A stretch of 64,000 bases of DNA from positions 868,001 to 932,000 of the forward strand of contig NEEC01000013.1 of assembly GCA_002189035.1 (NCBI GenBank). Direction: 5' to 3'. Position 1 is the stretch's first letter. Every line of letters begins with the position of its first letter. The notes below the pieces were generated by a model, which made no database searches, was not told where the DNA came from, and was given only the letters and a program-made list of their open reading frames with translations. The position numbers and the translations under genes are program-made. Positions 24,703-38,285 of the stretch are shown one piece after another. This DNA comes from Utricularia gibba. Its lineage: Eukaryota > Plantae > Magnoliophyta.

Positions 24703-25429
24703 CTACAAACACCCATAGATATTGTATAAAAAATCAGATTATAATAATTCGACAAGAAATTTCAATTTGGAACATAGATCAGCAACTCATGGTGGAAAAT
24801 AAATCACTTTTTTTTTATAATTTAAATAAGGCTCCAAGTGGTGGGACTGTGGGGGCGTCCGGTCGCTTTCGGCTGGGGGGAGGGGGGAAGCAATAAGAAA
24901 ATTTTCTTACCGAATGGGTGGGGATAATTGACAATGTGGGGAGTGAGTAAATTGAGGACCGAGGAGGTGATGTGTAGCGTTGTGTATGGGTGCACGGAGA
25001 TTTGGTTTAATTAATCAAATCATAAGTTAATCATTATATGCAATGATGTCTCTACTTTCTTAGGTTGTCGGTAATAGCTTTTGTTATTTTGAGGTGGTAG
25101 TTGTCACTCGTTTTTTAAGTACAACCATTTTGAAATAATTCTTTTTGAACCCATGGTGTAATTCTTTTTGAAGTACTATTTCAATACTCCAATTTTGAGG
25201 CACCCAAAATCGCTAATGTGGGCGACTGGCACCCATACCCAAAATTTGGGAATTGAGCAATTTTAAAATATTCTTAATTTTCAGAAATATAGAAATTTTA
25301 TTCGTGCATTAATTGGAATATAAAAATTGAAAATAAAATTATTTAATATATCCTAAATATTACAAAAAAATAAATCACATGTTAAGTAAACATTGAAATA
25401 AAATTTCAGTAAATAAAGAATATTCATCT

Positions 25430-28400
25430 GTCACTTAGATCATTTTTCAAACTCTCACATTGCCTCGTGTGAGTGCCTAGAAAGAGAGTCAGATACACTT
25501 TTCTAGGCACCCACAATGCATTGTGTGAATGTTTCCAAATTAGGAGTCTTCAACTTCATCTTCACTCGAACTCGAAAATAATACTTGATTTATTTTCATT
25601 TCCTCCAGCCAATCCTTTAGAAAAATGCATGCGTCAAGGGTCTTTACGTTCAATTTGGAGCGCTTGTGATTAAGAACTCGTCCCCCTACAATAAATGCAC
25701 TTTCGGATGCTACTATGGATGATGAACGTGTTAGAATAAGAGTATTATTGTCAAAGTTGTCATCATCAACACCCTCAACAATAAGAGTATTATTGTAAAA
25801 TGTAATTTGATCAACAGAATTTAATAAAGATGATGAAGAAAATGACATAAATGAGCTATGTTTCCTACGAATAATATCCATCGTATTACAACTGCCAAAC
25901 ATCTAATTATTACATGTTTTAGGAATAGGAACACTAAGATCACTATATTTAGAAGCATAAAGGGAATGCATGGCATGTAGAACATTGTTAACATCAACAT
26001 CTATTTCTTCACAATATTTAATGGAAAAAGCAACATCATCTACACTAAATGATTCTGAAATACATTTAAGTAATCTTTTCACACCTGTAGACTTAACCTC
26101 GAGATCTAAAATAGGTGCAATAAGAAACAAATGTGGAATTTCATCAAAATATTTCAAAAACTTATTTTTCATATTTCGCACTACATCTCCCAAAAAATCA
26201 CAATCACTTTGATGATCATAAAAAGTAAACGAAATTTTACAAATACATAAAAGCACAAGTTGAGAAGTTGGATAATAAATACCACTCAAAATCTTAGTAC
26301 AAGAATAACATGTTTTTAATAAATTTACTGAATATCTTATTTTTTCAAAAATAGAATAAGTCAAGAAATTGTAACCCGCAAAAGATTCACAAAATTCAAT
26401 AAGAACATTTTCATAAGGAATCAAAAATTATAACATTTTATAAGTAGAACTCCATCTAGTTGGACAATCACTTTTAAATTTACTATAAGAAATATTCTTT
26501 TCTTGACAAATCTTTTTAAAATCATTTCTTTTATTAGGTGTAGTTTTAATCATACTAACTAAATCGCGAACAGGAGTTAAAAAAATTTCACATTCTTTCA
26601 AATCATTTTGAACACACAAATTTAACATATGACAAGTGCACCTAGTGTGGATAAAAATGCTATTCAACATTGAATTCATGTTACTTTTCAAAATATCAAT
26701 AACATTTGTATTTGCACATGCATTATCCAAAGAAATAGAAAAAATCTTAATAGATATTCCATAAAATGTTGTGACCTTTTCAATGATTTTAGCAATAGAA
26801 AAATCATTATATGGTGATGGTCATTCTTGAAAAGCTAAAATTCATTTTTGCATACACAAAGAATTATCTACCCAAGAATATGTAATAACAATATAACTCT
26901 CATTGTTACAACCTTTCCAACCATCACAAGTCAAACAAAAATTACATTGTAGAGATTTAAAATTAGAAATTAAAGAGTCACGCATGTTTTTAAAATCATC
27001 AAGTGACATATGATGCGTGATTTTTCTAGTAAAATTTTTGTATCTCGATTGAGCTTGTTTCAACATATCATTAAAAAAAAGTTTTTCAACTAATGAAAAA
27101 AGAAGTTCATTAAATATCAAATAATGCACCACTCTTACTTGAAAAAGTTTATAATTAAAAACAAAATTATATAATCTCACACTATTATCACCCCTAAATA
27201 TATTTTAGTTTGACGAAATTGAGGTAATTTATCATTATACTTCTCCCTAACATGCCTTTTATATGTATTGGTTCCCCAACCCTTTTTGAAAGTGTACTCT
27301 TTACCACAATGTTTGCAAGAAATTTTTTCGGGATTAGAAACAACAAAATGCTCTTGAATATCCAAAGAATCATCACTAGTATTTTTTGATCTTTTACGAC
27401 AAAGGAGACTGGATGAGATAGAAGAACCCACTTATTGAGGACTAGAAAAATTATTATGTTTGGGTAAGGGACAACATTGAAGCTCTTGTAAAAATTGAAG
27501 GCCTTCCCCAAAAGAAAATTCTCTATCATTTTCAAAAACACAAGATATAGTAGAATCAGCTTAAGAAGCTTGAGAAGAATTTTGCAAACCATACCCCTCC
27601 ATTTTGTAAAAAATAAAAAAACTTGTTACTGTGCACGGTTCACCAATGTCGTCCAAGTGGAAATTTGAAAATTGAGACTTGAAAGTACCTCCAACCACGA
27701 ATTGTATGTAGAAGTTGAAATAGAATTATTTCTGATAATAAGTGATGGGACAATCAGAGAAAATAGTGAAAAACTATAAGATAACCATATCATTTATATA
27801 GACAATTTTTTTTATTAAATTAATAGAAACGATTACTTTCACATTTAATGAATATTTAGTATTGTTACATTTCATTGGATATATTATGTGATATACTATA
27901 TTAATTTAAAAAATGCCTTAATTTAGAGTATTTTGTAAAATATCTTAATAAACTATAATTAATATCATCATAATTTATGACTTAAATAAATAAATTAAAT
28001 TATTAAAATGATAAAATTATCAATAATTGAAAATATATAAAATAAAATTACATTTTTGGAAATAAACAGAACAACATTACAAATCATATAAAATCAATAA
28101 ATTTATTTTTTATACTAATTTTACATTTTAATAGCAACCTTTTATCTAATTTTTTGTAAATATTGTGCATTTTTCAAATTAAAATCAAAATATCACTTAT
28201 TTTTATAGATAGCGGGAATATTTTTTCAAACAGCCACATTAGCTTGTGAGTATCTAGGAAGATTGTCTAAAACCATTCCTCGACCACTCGCATTTGCTCA
28301 TGTAAGTGTGTCGTGAGGGTGTATGAGACCATTTTCTAGGTATCCACATCTATCGTGAGTGTGTCTGGGATGGGGTGTTTGAGAAGATTTTTCAAGCACT

Positions 28401-28664
28401 CACTTCCGTTATATGGATATCTTAGAAGTGTTTGAAATAATATATATTTATTTAATTTTTTATTTTTTTATTTTTTTAATTCGAATCATATGTTTCATGG
28501 TTCGGAACCATGAACAATACGATTCACACACGGGTCGGAACCATCAGTTCCACAGTTCCAATTATGCCGAACCAAACCTAAATCGTATGGACATCCATAT
28601 CTTGGAACTGAACCGGAACCGGAACCAGAACCGACATTTTCGGTTCAAACCGAACCCACCTCTA
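25430..28664 (-). mobile_element. Degenerate hAT DNA transposon (RICESLEEPER-like transposase)
   Basis: BED finger ISCKHCGKEY..GWGTNTYKRH (27177-27431); LTCDGWK; DNACAN; HTRCTCHMLNL; DCPTRWSSTYKML; YYPTS; dimerisation motif SIVASESAFIVGGRVL..RSKL. The right end has AACCGG/CCGAAC subterminal repeats and the terminus CCACCTCTA (TAGAGGTGG on minus) at 28664. The left terminus was not found. Confidence 0.85.
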
Positions 28665-30470
28665 GCTGTCACTACTGCACCTATGATGCAACCACCTGAT
28701 TAGAGGTATGATTTTGGGATCATGTGTGATGCAAGTAATCATGGTGTGGGTGCTATTTTGGGACAAATCTCTTATGCTTTGAAAACCTTGGATGAGGCTC
28801 AGAAAAATTATACCATCACTGAAAAGGAATTTCTTGCTGTTTTTTTTACCTTGAAAAAATTTCATTCTTATCTTTTAGGTAGCAAAGTGGTGGTATACAC
28901 TGATCATTCGGTGGTGAAGCACTTGATGGAGAAGAAAGATTCCAAACCAAGACTTATCAAATGAGTCTTTCTCATTCAAGAGTTTGATGTTGAGATAAAG
29001 GACAGACCTGGAAGGGAGAACCTTGTGGATGATCATCACTGAGATTGAAGGAAGTGAAGGAGATGGAATCATCACTGAGACTTTTCCAGATGAACAGCTA
29101 TTCTCAGTTCGGACTACTATACGTGAACGATGGTTTGCTGATCTTGCAAACTTTGTTTCCAAGGGGGTGGTGCCACCTGGAATGGGCTATCATGCGAGGA
29201 ACAAGATGAAGAGTGATGCCAAATACTACATATGGGACGATCCATATTTATGGAAGTGATGCAATGATGGTATCATTCGAAGGTGTGTTCATAAAAATGA
29301 AATTCCAAAAATCATTGATTCTTGTCATACAGGATCTTTTGGTGGCTATCATGGATCATTTCGAACAACTAGGAAAATTCTAGATTGTGCATTCTATTGG
29401 CCTCACATTTTTAGAGATTGTTACGCTTATTACAAAGGTTGGGAACCATGCCAAAGGGTATGAAATTTATCAAACAAAAATGAAATGGCTCAGCAAGGAA
29501 TCCTGGTATATGAATTTTTTGATGTATGGGGTATACATTTTGTTGGGCTATTTTCTACTTCAGAAGGTTACAATTACATTTTGGTTGCAGTTGAATATGT
29601 GTCCAAATAGATTGAGGCAATCCCCACATGTACTGATGATGCAAAGACTGTGATTAATTTCTTGCGTAACATCTTCACGAGATATGGAACTCCTAAGGCT
29701 CTAATCAGTGATAGGGGAACATATTTTTACAATCATGCCTTAAGGAGTGTTTTGAAGCATTTTAATGTTTGGTACAAGCCTTCTACAGCGTACCATCCCC
29801 AAACCAATGGACAAACTGAAGTCTCCAACAGGGAAATCAAACGAATCCTAGAGAAAGTTGTGAACCCAAGTAGGAAGGATTGGAGCATGAGGTTAAAAGA
29901 TGCACTTTGGGCCATACGAACAGCATACAAGACTCCCATTGGGACTTCACCATTTCGGTTGGTCTATGGGAAGCATGAATTATTTGTTATGTGGTACATC
30001 ATGAACAAACGCTCTCTGAACTTAGGTGCTATGCTTGTTGAAAAAATGAATAGGGATTATAGACACACAAAAATTCAACACTTGAGTTTTGGAAATATTG
30101 TCACGCATCTTGCTCACACTTTATGTCCTGAAAAACTATCTGAATTAGAGTTTTTCCACATTGAAACTAAGACAGTCCCTTTAGATGCATATTTCTTGAA
30201 AGTTGCTGGACAAATCAAAGCCCAAGGGAGTGGGTTTTTTTTAGATCCTTGGCAGGTTTGTGCGGAAATTCTACCCCTGGAGAAGGCAACTCAAATGCCC
30301 CTGCTCCTGCAACATCCAAGCACAACAGCAAGGGATGTTGCTGCCCGGAAATGATCAAGGATTTCAGTGAAAAAGTGTCTGATTTAATTCGTGAGATGCA
30401 AGAGGTGAAATAGGGAGTGATTCACTTCTTCCTGAATAAGTAACCTGCTGCTGAACTTATCTTCGCATTA
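28665..30470 (+). pseudogene. Athila RNase H, integrase and env-like/ORF2 remnant (continuation of the element at 18430)
   Basis: [41 protein letters not shown] (RNase H); YIWDDPYLWK; RYGTPKALISDRGT, AYHPQTNGQTEVSNREIKRILEK (integrase). After LVYGK the frame continues with ELFVMWYIMNKRSLNLGAMLVEKM..LSFGNIVTHL. Confidence 0.85.
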
Positions 30471-30580
30471 GTCTGTGTTAAAACTATTATCTGTTAAAAC
30501 ACGCGAAAATAATAGTCAATAAAGGTGACAAATCATCTAAATTTATTCATTGAAATAATTGTACATGGTACCCAAACATC

Positions 30581-33500
30581 GGCCTCATTTGGTAGATCTG
30601 TTATTCTTAATAGTTGTTAAAATTATTATTGTTATCGTAAACAATAATTCAACTATTTAGAAATTAGTTGTGTTAGGTAATATTGTTATGATTATCATTG
30701 TTTAGGATTAAATAGTGTTTGGTAGCATATTTTTAAGATAAATATATTATATACTTTTCTAATTTTACCCTTTATTTAAGAATAATATTATATTAAATCC
30801 CTTTTTTTTTCCTTTTAAACGTGTTTCTTGTTTGAAATCCAAAATAAGAGTTAGGGTTTATGCACCCATTTCATGAGTAGAAGAGGACACTATGTGGAAA
30901 TACACAAATTCAATAATATATATCACTACATTCTGTTTAGATTGTAGAGTACGTTCTCTAACATTTGAAGCCAAGTATTATATCTCTTTTCTATATTGAT
31001 GAGTTTTTTGTTTGGTTTTGTTTCATAAATCGTATTTATTGTTCCTCCTGATTATTTTGATTTCAACATGTGAATTTGTTTAGTTGTGTGTCGATGTGAT
31101 GAGTATTTGTATGGTTATGTTGTATTTTTTATTTGCTATGATTCTCCTTATTTGAGGTTTTTGAGTCATTATTTCATTTGGTTTTGATTTCTTTTTTCAA
31201 TATATTATCCACTTATTTTTCTGACCATTTTTTGTATTGTAGCTATGACCGGAAAACAGCCAACGAGGGGTGGGAAATGTAGAGAATGAACTCTACATAA
31301 ACTTCATGGGTTTGTTGCAATTGGAATACCGTTGAAGAAAAACATTTAATTACTACTTTGAAATAAAATAGTTGTCAAAGGATGGAGATCGGAAAATGGA
31401 TGGAAGCCATCATACTTGAATGCACTTGAAGAAACTTTCAAGTAGCTATGCCTTGGAACAACAAAAAGAGCACAACCACATATACATTCCAAATTGGTAA
31501 CTTTCAAAAGCGACAACAATATGTTGGTGGATTTCTTAAGCAAATCAAGTATCAATTTCAACAATATAACAAAGACTATTGATGTCACTCTCAAATTATG
31601 GGTTGAATTGAAGGAGGTATGATGATTTTAATTATGGTTCATTTCTATTGGTGTTTCACATCAATACTTTGTAAATTGACTTACATAACTCTTTGACATC
31701 ATGATGAACCACTGTACAACATCTTAAGGAATAAATCATGGCCCTACTATGAGGATTGTATAGAAATATTTGGTAAAGATCGAACCATTGAAGACTTTCA
31801 AGAGGTTGGTGATGTTTCTAGTTTCAAGAAACAACAATCAGAAGAGGATATTGAACTCTGAAAATTTATTACTGCCATTTCTTACATCACCATTTGATAC
31901 TGAGGATAAGTTTTCAGCTTATAATGAATATTCTGCCTATGAAGATGATACTAGTACAATAGGTCTAGGGAAAAAACGAAATAATGGTCAAGCCACTTCA
32001 AATAGCCCAGGAGAATGTCTAGAAAGTAGTGTTGGAAAAAACGCAAAAAACAACATTTGATATGGGATACTTAATTGGTGAACTACGAGCCCTTACCAAG
32101 GAATCTAATGATGCAATTCGTGAGCTTGGTGATAAGCTACTTGAACTAGAACAAGAGTTGAAAGCAAAGAAAAAACAAGCTTCAAACATAATCCGTAAAT
32201 CTCCAATGACATTGATTACCATGTAGCCACTTATGGTGGTGCAGGCTATTACTAGAGATTTTGCGATGTTTAATTGCTTTCTTGATAGTTCTATAGTTGA
32301 ACAGGAACTTATGATTGATGGTATTGCAAAAGGAATCATGTAGGGGCTGGTTTTGCTATTTTATAAACCATTGGTTTGAAATCAATGGTTCTAGTATCTT
32401 TTTCTTGTCATTATTGAATGATGTTTTATGTGTATGCAAACTATTATAATATTGGAAACCATTTGTTATGAAAATACAGTTTTTCAATTCTGTAGTTGAT
32501 GCATACAGCTTGTTGCAACTTGAATGAATAAAAAACAACTAGCTTCCTCTTCTTAAATTATTCCAAACTTCATAAATATCGTTTGCAAGCTCATCCATCC
32601 ATACATTCCATTTCGGTGTACCTTTAGTAACATATATGTCATCAGAATTGCAAACGATATTTATGAAATTCAACTAGCTTTCATAATTTTATTTGCAAGG
32701 AGATGAGATATATGTCATCAGCATTTGTGTTTTGAAATTCTTCAGGCACCTACATCTCCCATGGATCATATCTCATCTCCTTGCAAATAAAATTATGCAA
32801 CAATGCACATGCTATAATAATGCGCATTGTTGTCCTAATAGGGTAGAAACTAGCACCTCAAAGGATTCCCCATCGCATTTTCATCAATCCTCAAACTCGT
32901 TCAATGATGTTTCTTGTTGATGAGTGTCTCATATTGAAATATTCTTTAACGTTCTGAAGTGCTTTTTGTCTCACACCCCACTCCTTCAAATAGTATCTAA
33001 CAGACCTATAAGGAGCTAAAAATCCTTCGCAATTCGCGTAACCATTGTCACACAAATAATAACCTACATGAAACAAACATCAACCTAGCATGTACACATC
33101 ATGAGTTATATGCCCAAAGTTAACATTGCAGCATTTTAGCAATAACCAAAACTAAGAAATTGTACATTGAGAACTGTGAGTGGATTTTGTTGGCAAGTAA
33201 TAGTTGATTACAACACCCTATTGTTGGATGTTGAACCTTCCCAATCGGAAAAAACATAGATGAAGTTCATGTTTTCATCACAAACCCCAAGTACATTAGT
33301 TGATATCTGCCCTTTTTTATTCCTAAAGCAAGCCTTCCACTCTTTCTTTACTTTGATTTGGATGTGTGATCCATCAAGAGCACCAATACAATTCTATACC
33401 AAAAACACAAAACAACTATCATAAAACAATTTATATCAACAGAAACAACTTCTTGGATGGAAACTATCATGATTTAGAATTAAAGTGTAACTCAAAAAAA

Positions 33501-34456
33501 TGAAATCTGGAAGATGTATCCCTGTTATCTATGGGTCGTGCTTTAACTAGCAAGTCATCCCGCAAAGATAATACAACAATTAGAGCATTATTGAAGTGCT
33601 TCCATACCGTCCAAGTTAATCTCTTAAAAGCATGCTTTTGAATTCTAGTTTTCTTGTCATGTACTGGAATTCTTAAAAATATGGCGACCATCTCTGGCAT
33701 ATTTACATCCTTGAAAGGTTTAAGATTTGCCTTCACCTGTAGTAGATGACACAATTTCATAAAGACACATTTATTCAATCACAACTCCTCAAAGCAAGCT
33801 GAATTTTCATCGCTAATCAAACTTCTCATATATTCAACTTGCATCGGTATATTTGTTTTATATGAGTATTGCAATTTTTTCTTTCCTTGATGATGGATCC
33901 ACATAAAAATCAGGCAACCATCCACACTAGTGTAGTTTTCCTTGAAGCATATGCTTATGCCAAAGCCGCAACTCAAATTTTTTCATGTATCATCTCAACC
34001 GAATAATGCCTTTAACATGATCATACAATCAATATGAAAATTAGGGATAAGGAATTCCACAGAAATTTTTTTCTCTCTAGAAAAAAAAATTGTAGCAAGT
34101 TTCAAAAGAAATCAAAAATTGATAAACCTCTAAGAACCCTAATTAACAAAACTAAACCTGATCTGAAACCTAGACACTTCGATGCAAAAGAATGATTTCC
34201 ATTAGCATAACTACCTGCAGAACCAACCACAAAATGCACTTGACACCTTTGTTGAACAATAAATGTGGGATGGGGGAGATTGTAAATGAGTCATTTAAGG
34301 CCACGTAATTATTATTCACGGGCTAAAATGGAAAGTTATGAGATTGTAAATACTAACCTATCTCTAAGGTACGTTAGTGTTAACAATTATTTGGTTGTTA
34401 AAGTGTTGTGAAGCTAAACAATATTGTTTAACTTCACAACACTACCAAACAGTGAA
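30581..34456. mobile_element. Degenerate PIF/Harbinger element with convergent Myb/SANT ORF (+) and DDE transposase (-)
   Basis: Myb/SANT-like ORF remnants ~31245-32226 (+). Transposase pieces on minus: MNKCVFMKLCHLL, MVAIFL, LGALDGSHI, YYLCDNGYANCEGFLAPYR, EYFNMRHSSTRNIIER. TIR-like ends GGCCTCATTTGGTAG (30581) and CTACCAAACAGTG (~34442), TTA on the right. Boundaries approximate. Confidence 0.8.
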
Positions 34457-34459
34457 TTA

Positions 34460-36200
34460 TATTTTATTTGAGTTGTTAAGTTGGCTTAACAAATCTACCA
34501 AACAAGACCTTAATGTATAAGCTAAAAAATTTCGTAGTTAAATTCCCAACAAGGGGATAGGTACTCCTTATACACTTACTAAGTTTGTCTGTCTCGCAAA
34601 ATAACCTACTTTGATCAACACCTTTCATTATGTCTCGATACAATATGATTATGTTGTTAAAAGATGAGTGTTCAATCCTATAATGTTGCACTACAAGATT
34701 TTCAAAAGTAGTAGTAGCCAATGTAATAACTTTTAAGTCCATCCCAGCTCCAAGTCTTTTTCCCATACTTTTTTCCTGGAAATAACACTCGCCTCAATTA
34801 AAAACTGCAATGCAATTCAGTTCATTTAATATATGATTATTTGATAGCAAATTGATTGGAAATGAAGAAACATAGAACACATAAGATAATTCAAGGTTAG
34901 GACTGCATTGCACTACACCAATCCCACTAATGGGTTGAGATGTTTCATTCACTATGTGAACGATTGTCAATTACATAGAAGAGAAATAAGATTTAAATAT
35001 AGTTTGGTCACTAGTCACATGTCAAGAAGCACTTAAATCTATTATCCATTCATTGGAAGATTGATTTAGGATAAGAGCTTATTCTTGAGTACCTATATCA
35101 GCATGTGTATTCAACAAAACTTCAATTGACATTATGATTTCCAAAAGTTTGCCAAATATTTTTTCCTTTCTCATTTTGTTTTTTTTTTACTTGTCGAAAT
35201 TCTTCTATTTCATATTGCAAGTTTGTTTGTAGATAGCCAATGGTAGAGTCTTCAATGACTAGGTGGACTCGATCATCATATGTTCCTCATCCATGGTCAT
35301 GCCTTCCTCCATGGCTTCTCTTTCAAATAAAGTTTGAACTTCTTGAATATGGGCAATCATAACTTAAGTGCCTTTTTCTCTTGCAATTGCATCATTCTCA
35401 TTCCTCAATCTTTGGAACCTCTGGAACTACCAAGGCAGATCTCACAGAAGTAACCACTTCATTCACCATGACTTTCTGTCTAATTTCTTCCTACTCCATA
35501 GTAGCTATAACTTCATCTAATAAGGGTAGTTTCTTAAGATGACATATCAAAGCTTTTCGATTCTCAAATTAGAAATTTAGTCCCTTGAGAAATTTAATCA
35601 CCCTCCTACATTTCATATATTGTTTTTCTTAAATAATGTCTTCATTGCATTTGAGCTTTAGGGGGTCATAATAATCGAGACCAACCCACATCCCTCTTAA
35701 CTCAATCCATATTCTATACTAAATCGATCACCTTGTTGCAACTATTGATTTTCTCTTCCACTTCAACTATCATCATAATACTACTAGACCCAGAGTACAT
35801 CTTAGGCAGTGATTGTCAAACCTCTCTAGCTTTCGAAATCAACTAAATCATATTTGCAATAGAGAATGAAATAGATACTAGCAACCATGACACCACTAGT
35901 GAGTTAGTAGCACTCCAAACCTTCTTTTCTAATTCCTTTATTGGTTTACCTCCATATGTTTCATTGATGAATTATTCTAGTGTTTCATTTTCAACCCCAA
36001 ATTTACACATCTAGACAATCTAAGATAATTTTTCATACCTTCAAACTTGAACTCTAGGGTTGGTAGCCCAATTGGAGTTGGGTTTATCTCACTTTGGATA
36101 GAAATACACTTGGTCGATGCACCACATTTTCTAACCATATTTGGAACAATTTAGCATCCATCTTTTATTTAGCTTCATGCTAATCCACCCAAACACCTTT
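34460..36200 (-). mobile_element. Degenerate copia (Ale/Retrofit-like) gag-protease remnant
   Basis: Minus strand: UBN2_3-like VIKFLKGLN.FENRKALICHLKKLPLLDEVIATM; EWIIDLSAS*HVTS (protease); SQPISGIGVVQCSPNLELSYVFYVSSFPINLLS; HYRIEHSSF (GAG-pre-integrase). Confidence 0.75.
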
Positions 36201-36479
36201 CAAATCTATTGGAATTTGCACTTTGAGTAATGAATTTTGAAGCTCTCCATCATTAGTATACAGTAAAATTGTATGTAAATAGAAAAGATGAAAAAGATAG
36301 AATCATATTTAGAACAATCTAGTTTTGATGTCAACAAGAAATTGAAAAAAAAAATTACATTAATGAAATTAAAAAAAAAAAGATGAAAGTCTAGAGATCT
36401 CAAACAAATTTAAAGCGGGAGATTGAATAACTATTTTTTTTCTCCTATTATAATTAATTATTACATCATTATTTATAAT

Positions 36480-37664
36480 ACAATTAATGGTAATTCTGCA
36501 AGTGCACATAAACCGTCGAAGTAATAAAATAAGATCGTATCTACAGAGAATTGTTATTGAAATTTTCTTTTCAAAACAAAAACTTAAAAAGACTGAAAAT
36601 AAAAGAAAGATTTGGTTTTGAAAACAATAAGAAAATTAGCCTTGGATCTAAAATCCACCTTACTTGAAACTCACACTCGCGTGTGTGCAAACTTTGAGAA
36701 TTGACCTGCTTGCACAAGCTTTGGGGGTGTTATGCTAAAATAGTGCTACTCGGTGACCATTATAGTACTGTCCCTTGTTTTGTGGGATTGTAGAATCAGC
36801 TATGTCACTAGAGCCATTTCAACTTTTATGATAACCCATGTTTTCCTCATACCCAAATCTAATCCCTACACCTCTCACCTAGCAGACAAATTAGACAGAA
36901 TGTGTCTTACCAACGATGTCCGATTGAGCCCTTCTTCTTAAGTGCTTGAGGCCAACCTTTGATTCTTCCACACTCCTTTAGGGCTATATGGTACTAAAGA
37001 TCACGTTGGTAAAGAAAACGTTGTGAAAAATAGAATCAAATCTCAAAATAAATGCTAAAAAACTTAGTAAGACAGTCACACGTGCAGGACTTGCGCAAAC
37101 AAGGCTTTACAGTAGATCTTTAGCTGCAAGCGCTCGCACGCGCATGCTTGACTCTAAACAACAAAAGTTGATGATAAACGAAAGGAAAAGAATCCAAAAC
37201 ATGCTAAACTCGACTCTAAACCCTAAATTGACTCTCTGATCGTCCATCCCCCGATCTTCGGGTTTGGATCTTTATCTAATGGTGATGACTTATCGGGCTT
37301 TCTTGATAGGCTCACATCAAATATTCCATCTGAATCTTCTAAGATTTGATACAGATCTTCTAGGATAAGACTAAATTTTCCAAGATAAGATGCGAATATT
37401 ATCTTATCCGAAAATCTTTGACCACGTATTCATCTAGATAGACCAAATCTTTAATTCTATCAAGGTCAATTCAAAAATCCTCTAAATTATTTCAAAATTG
37501 TTCTGAAAAATCACAAAATATACTTTCCCTTCAAAAAAATAAAAGTAGTATAAAAGATATAAAATTCTTTTAAAAATATAAGAAAAGCGAGATAAATAGA
37601 ATGCAAAACTCATTGAATTGAGTCCTAAAAAATATAAATATAAATGACACAAAATCAATTATCA
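36480..37664 (-). repeat. Athila-like LTR fragment or solo LTR
   Basis: Minus strand starts TGATAATTGATTTTGTGTCATTTATATTT. The plus-strand left end has GCAAGTGCAC..AAGTAATAAA..GATCGTATCTACAGAGAATT, typical of Athila LTR 3' ends. No TSD confirmed. Confidence 0.5.
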
Positions 37665-38285
37665 ACAAATAATATATTAAACCAAACAAACTTTAATAAA
37701 AATCTTTGGCTAACAATTGAAAATCGCCTCGCGATTTCACTCATTGACCTCGATTCATTTGGATAATTTGAAGCTCTAAAAAGGGAGGCACGATCTGGTG
37801 GGTTTTCCCATGGGCGAGATCATCCAAAAAGGCGCACCTAATTTTAGGACAACGATTTTGAGCCGTAGGATCAAGATCCACGGTAGAAATTGGCGCGTCC
37901 ACCCAGGTCATTCTGTATAGTCGCGACACCTACTCACTTTCTTTTCTCCGCCGTCTGCGCTGCCGTCGGTGTGGCCTGGAACGCCGTCGTTAATTGCATC
38001 CCCGGATTCCGGTCGCAATTAACTGAAACCCTTGGAATACCTGGTCCATTTAATTTTGTTATCATCCTTGGGGAAAACATCTTTCACAGGTATCATCTGA
38101 AAATATTCAGTGTTCATCGTTGATGTTTTAACTCATTGTATCTGCTTTTTTTGTGCGCTTTTTAACCTATGTGATTTCAGCTGAGGAATGTGTGTATCTT
38201 GAATCAGTGTAATTTCTACGTCTTTTGTGTGACATTTATTGATGGAAATTCATGCAGTGAATCGTGTTGTGGCCGGACAAAAAAA

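Noticed and set aside
25100-25107. GTTGTCAC as left TSD of the hAT (7/8 match to GCTGTCAC at 28665)
   Set aside because: It is not followed by a TAGAGGTG-like TIR, and the left flank is not Athila pol. Probably a chance match.
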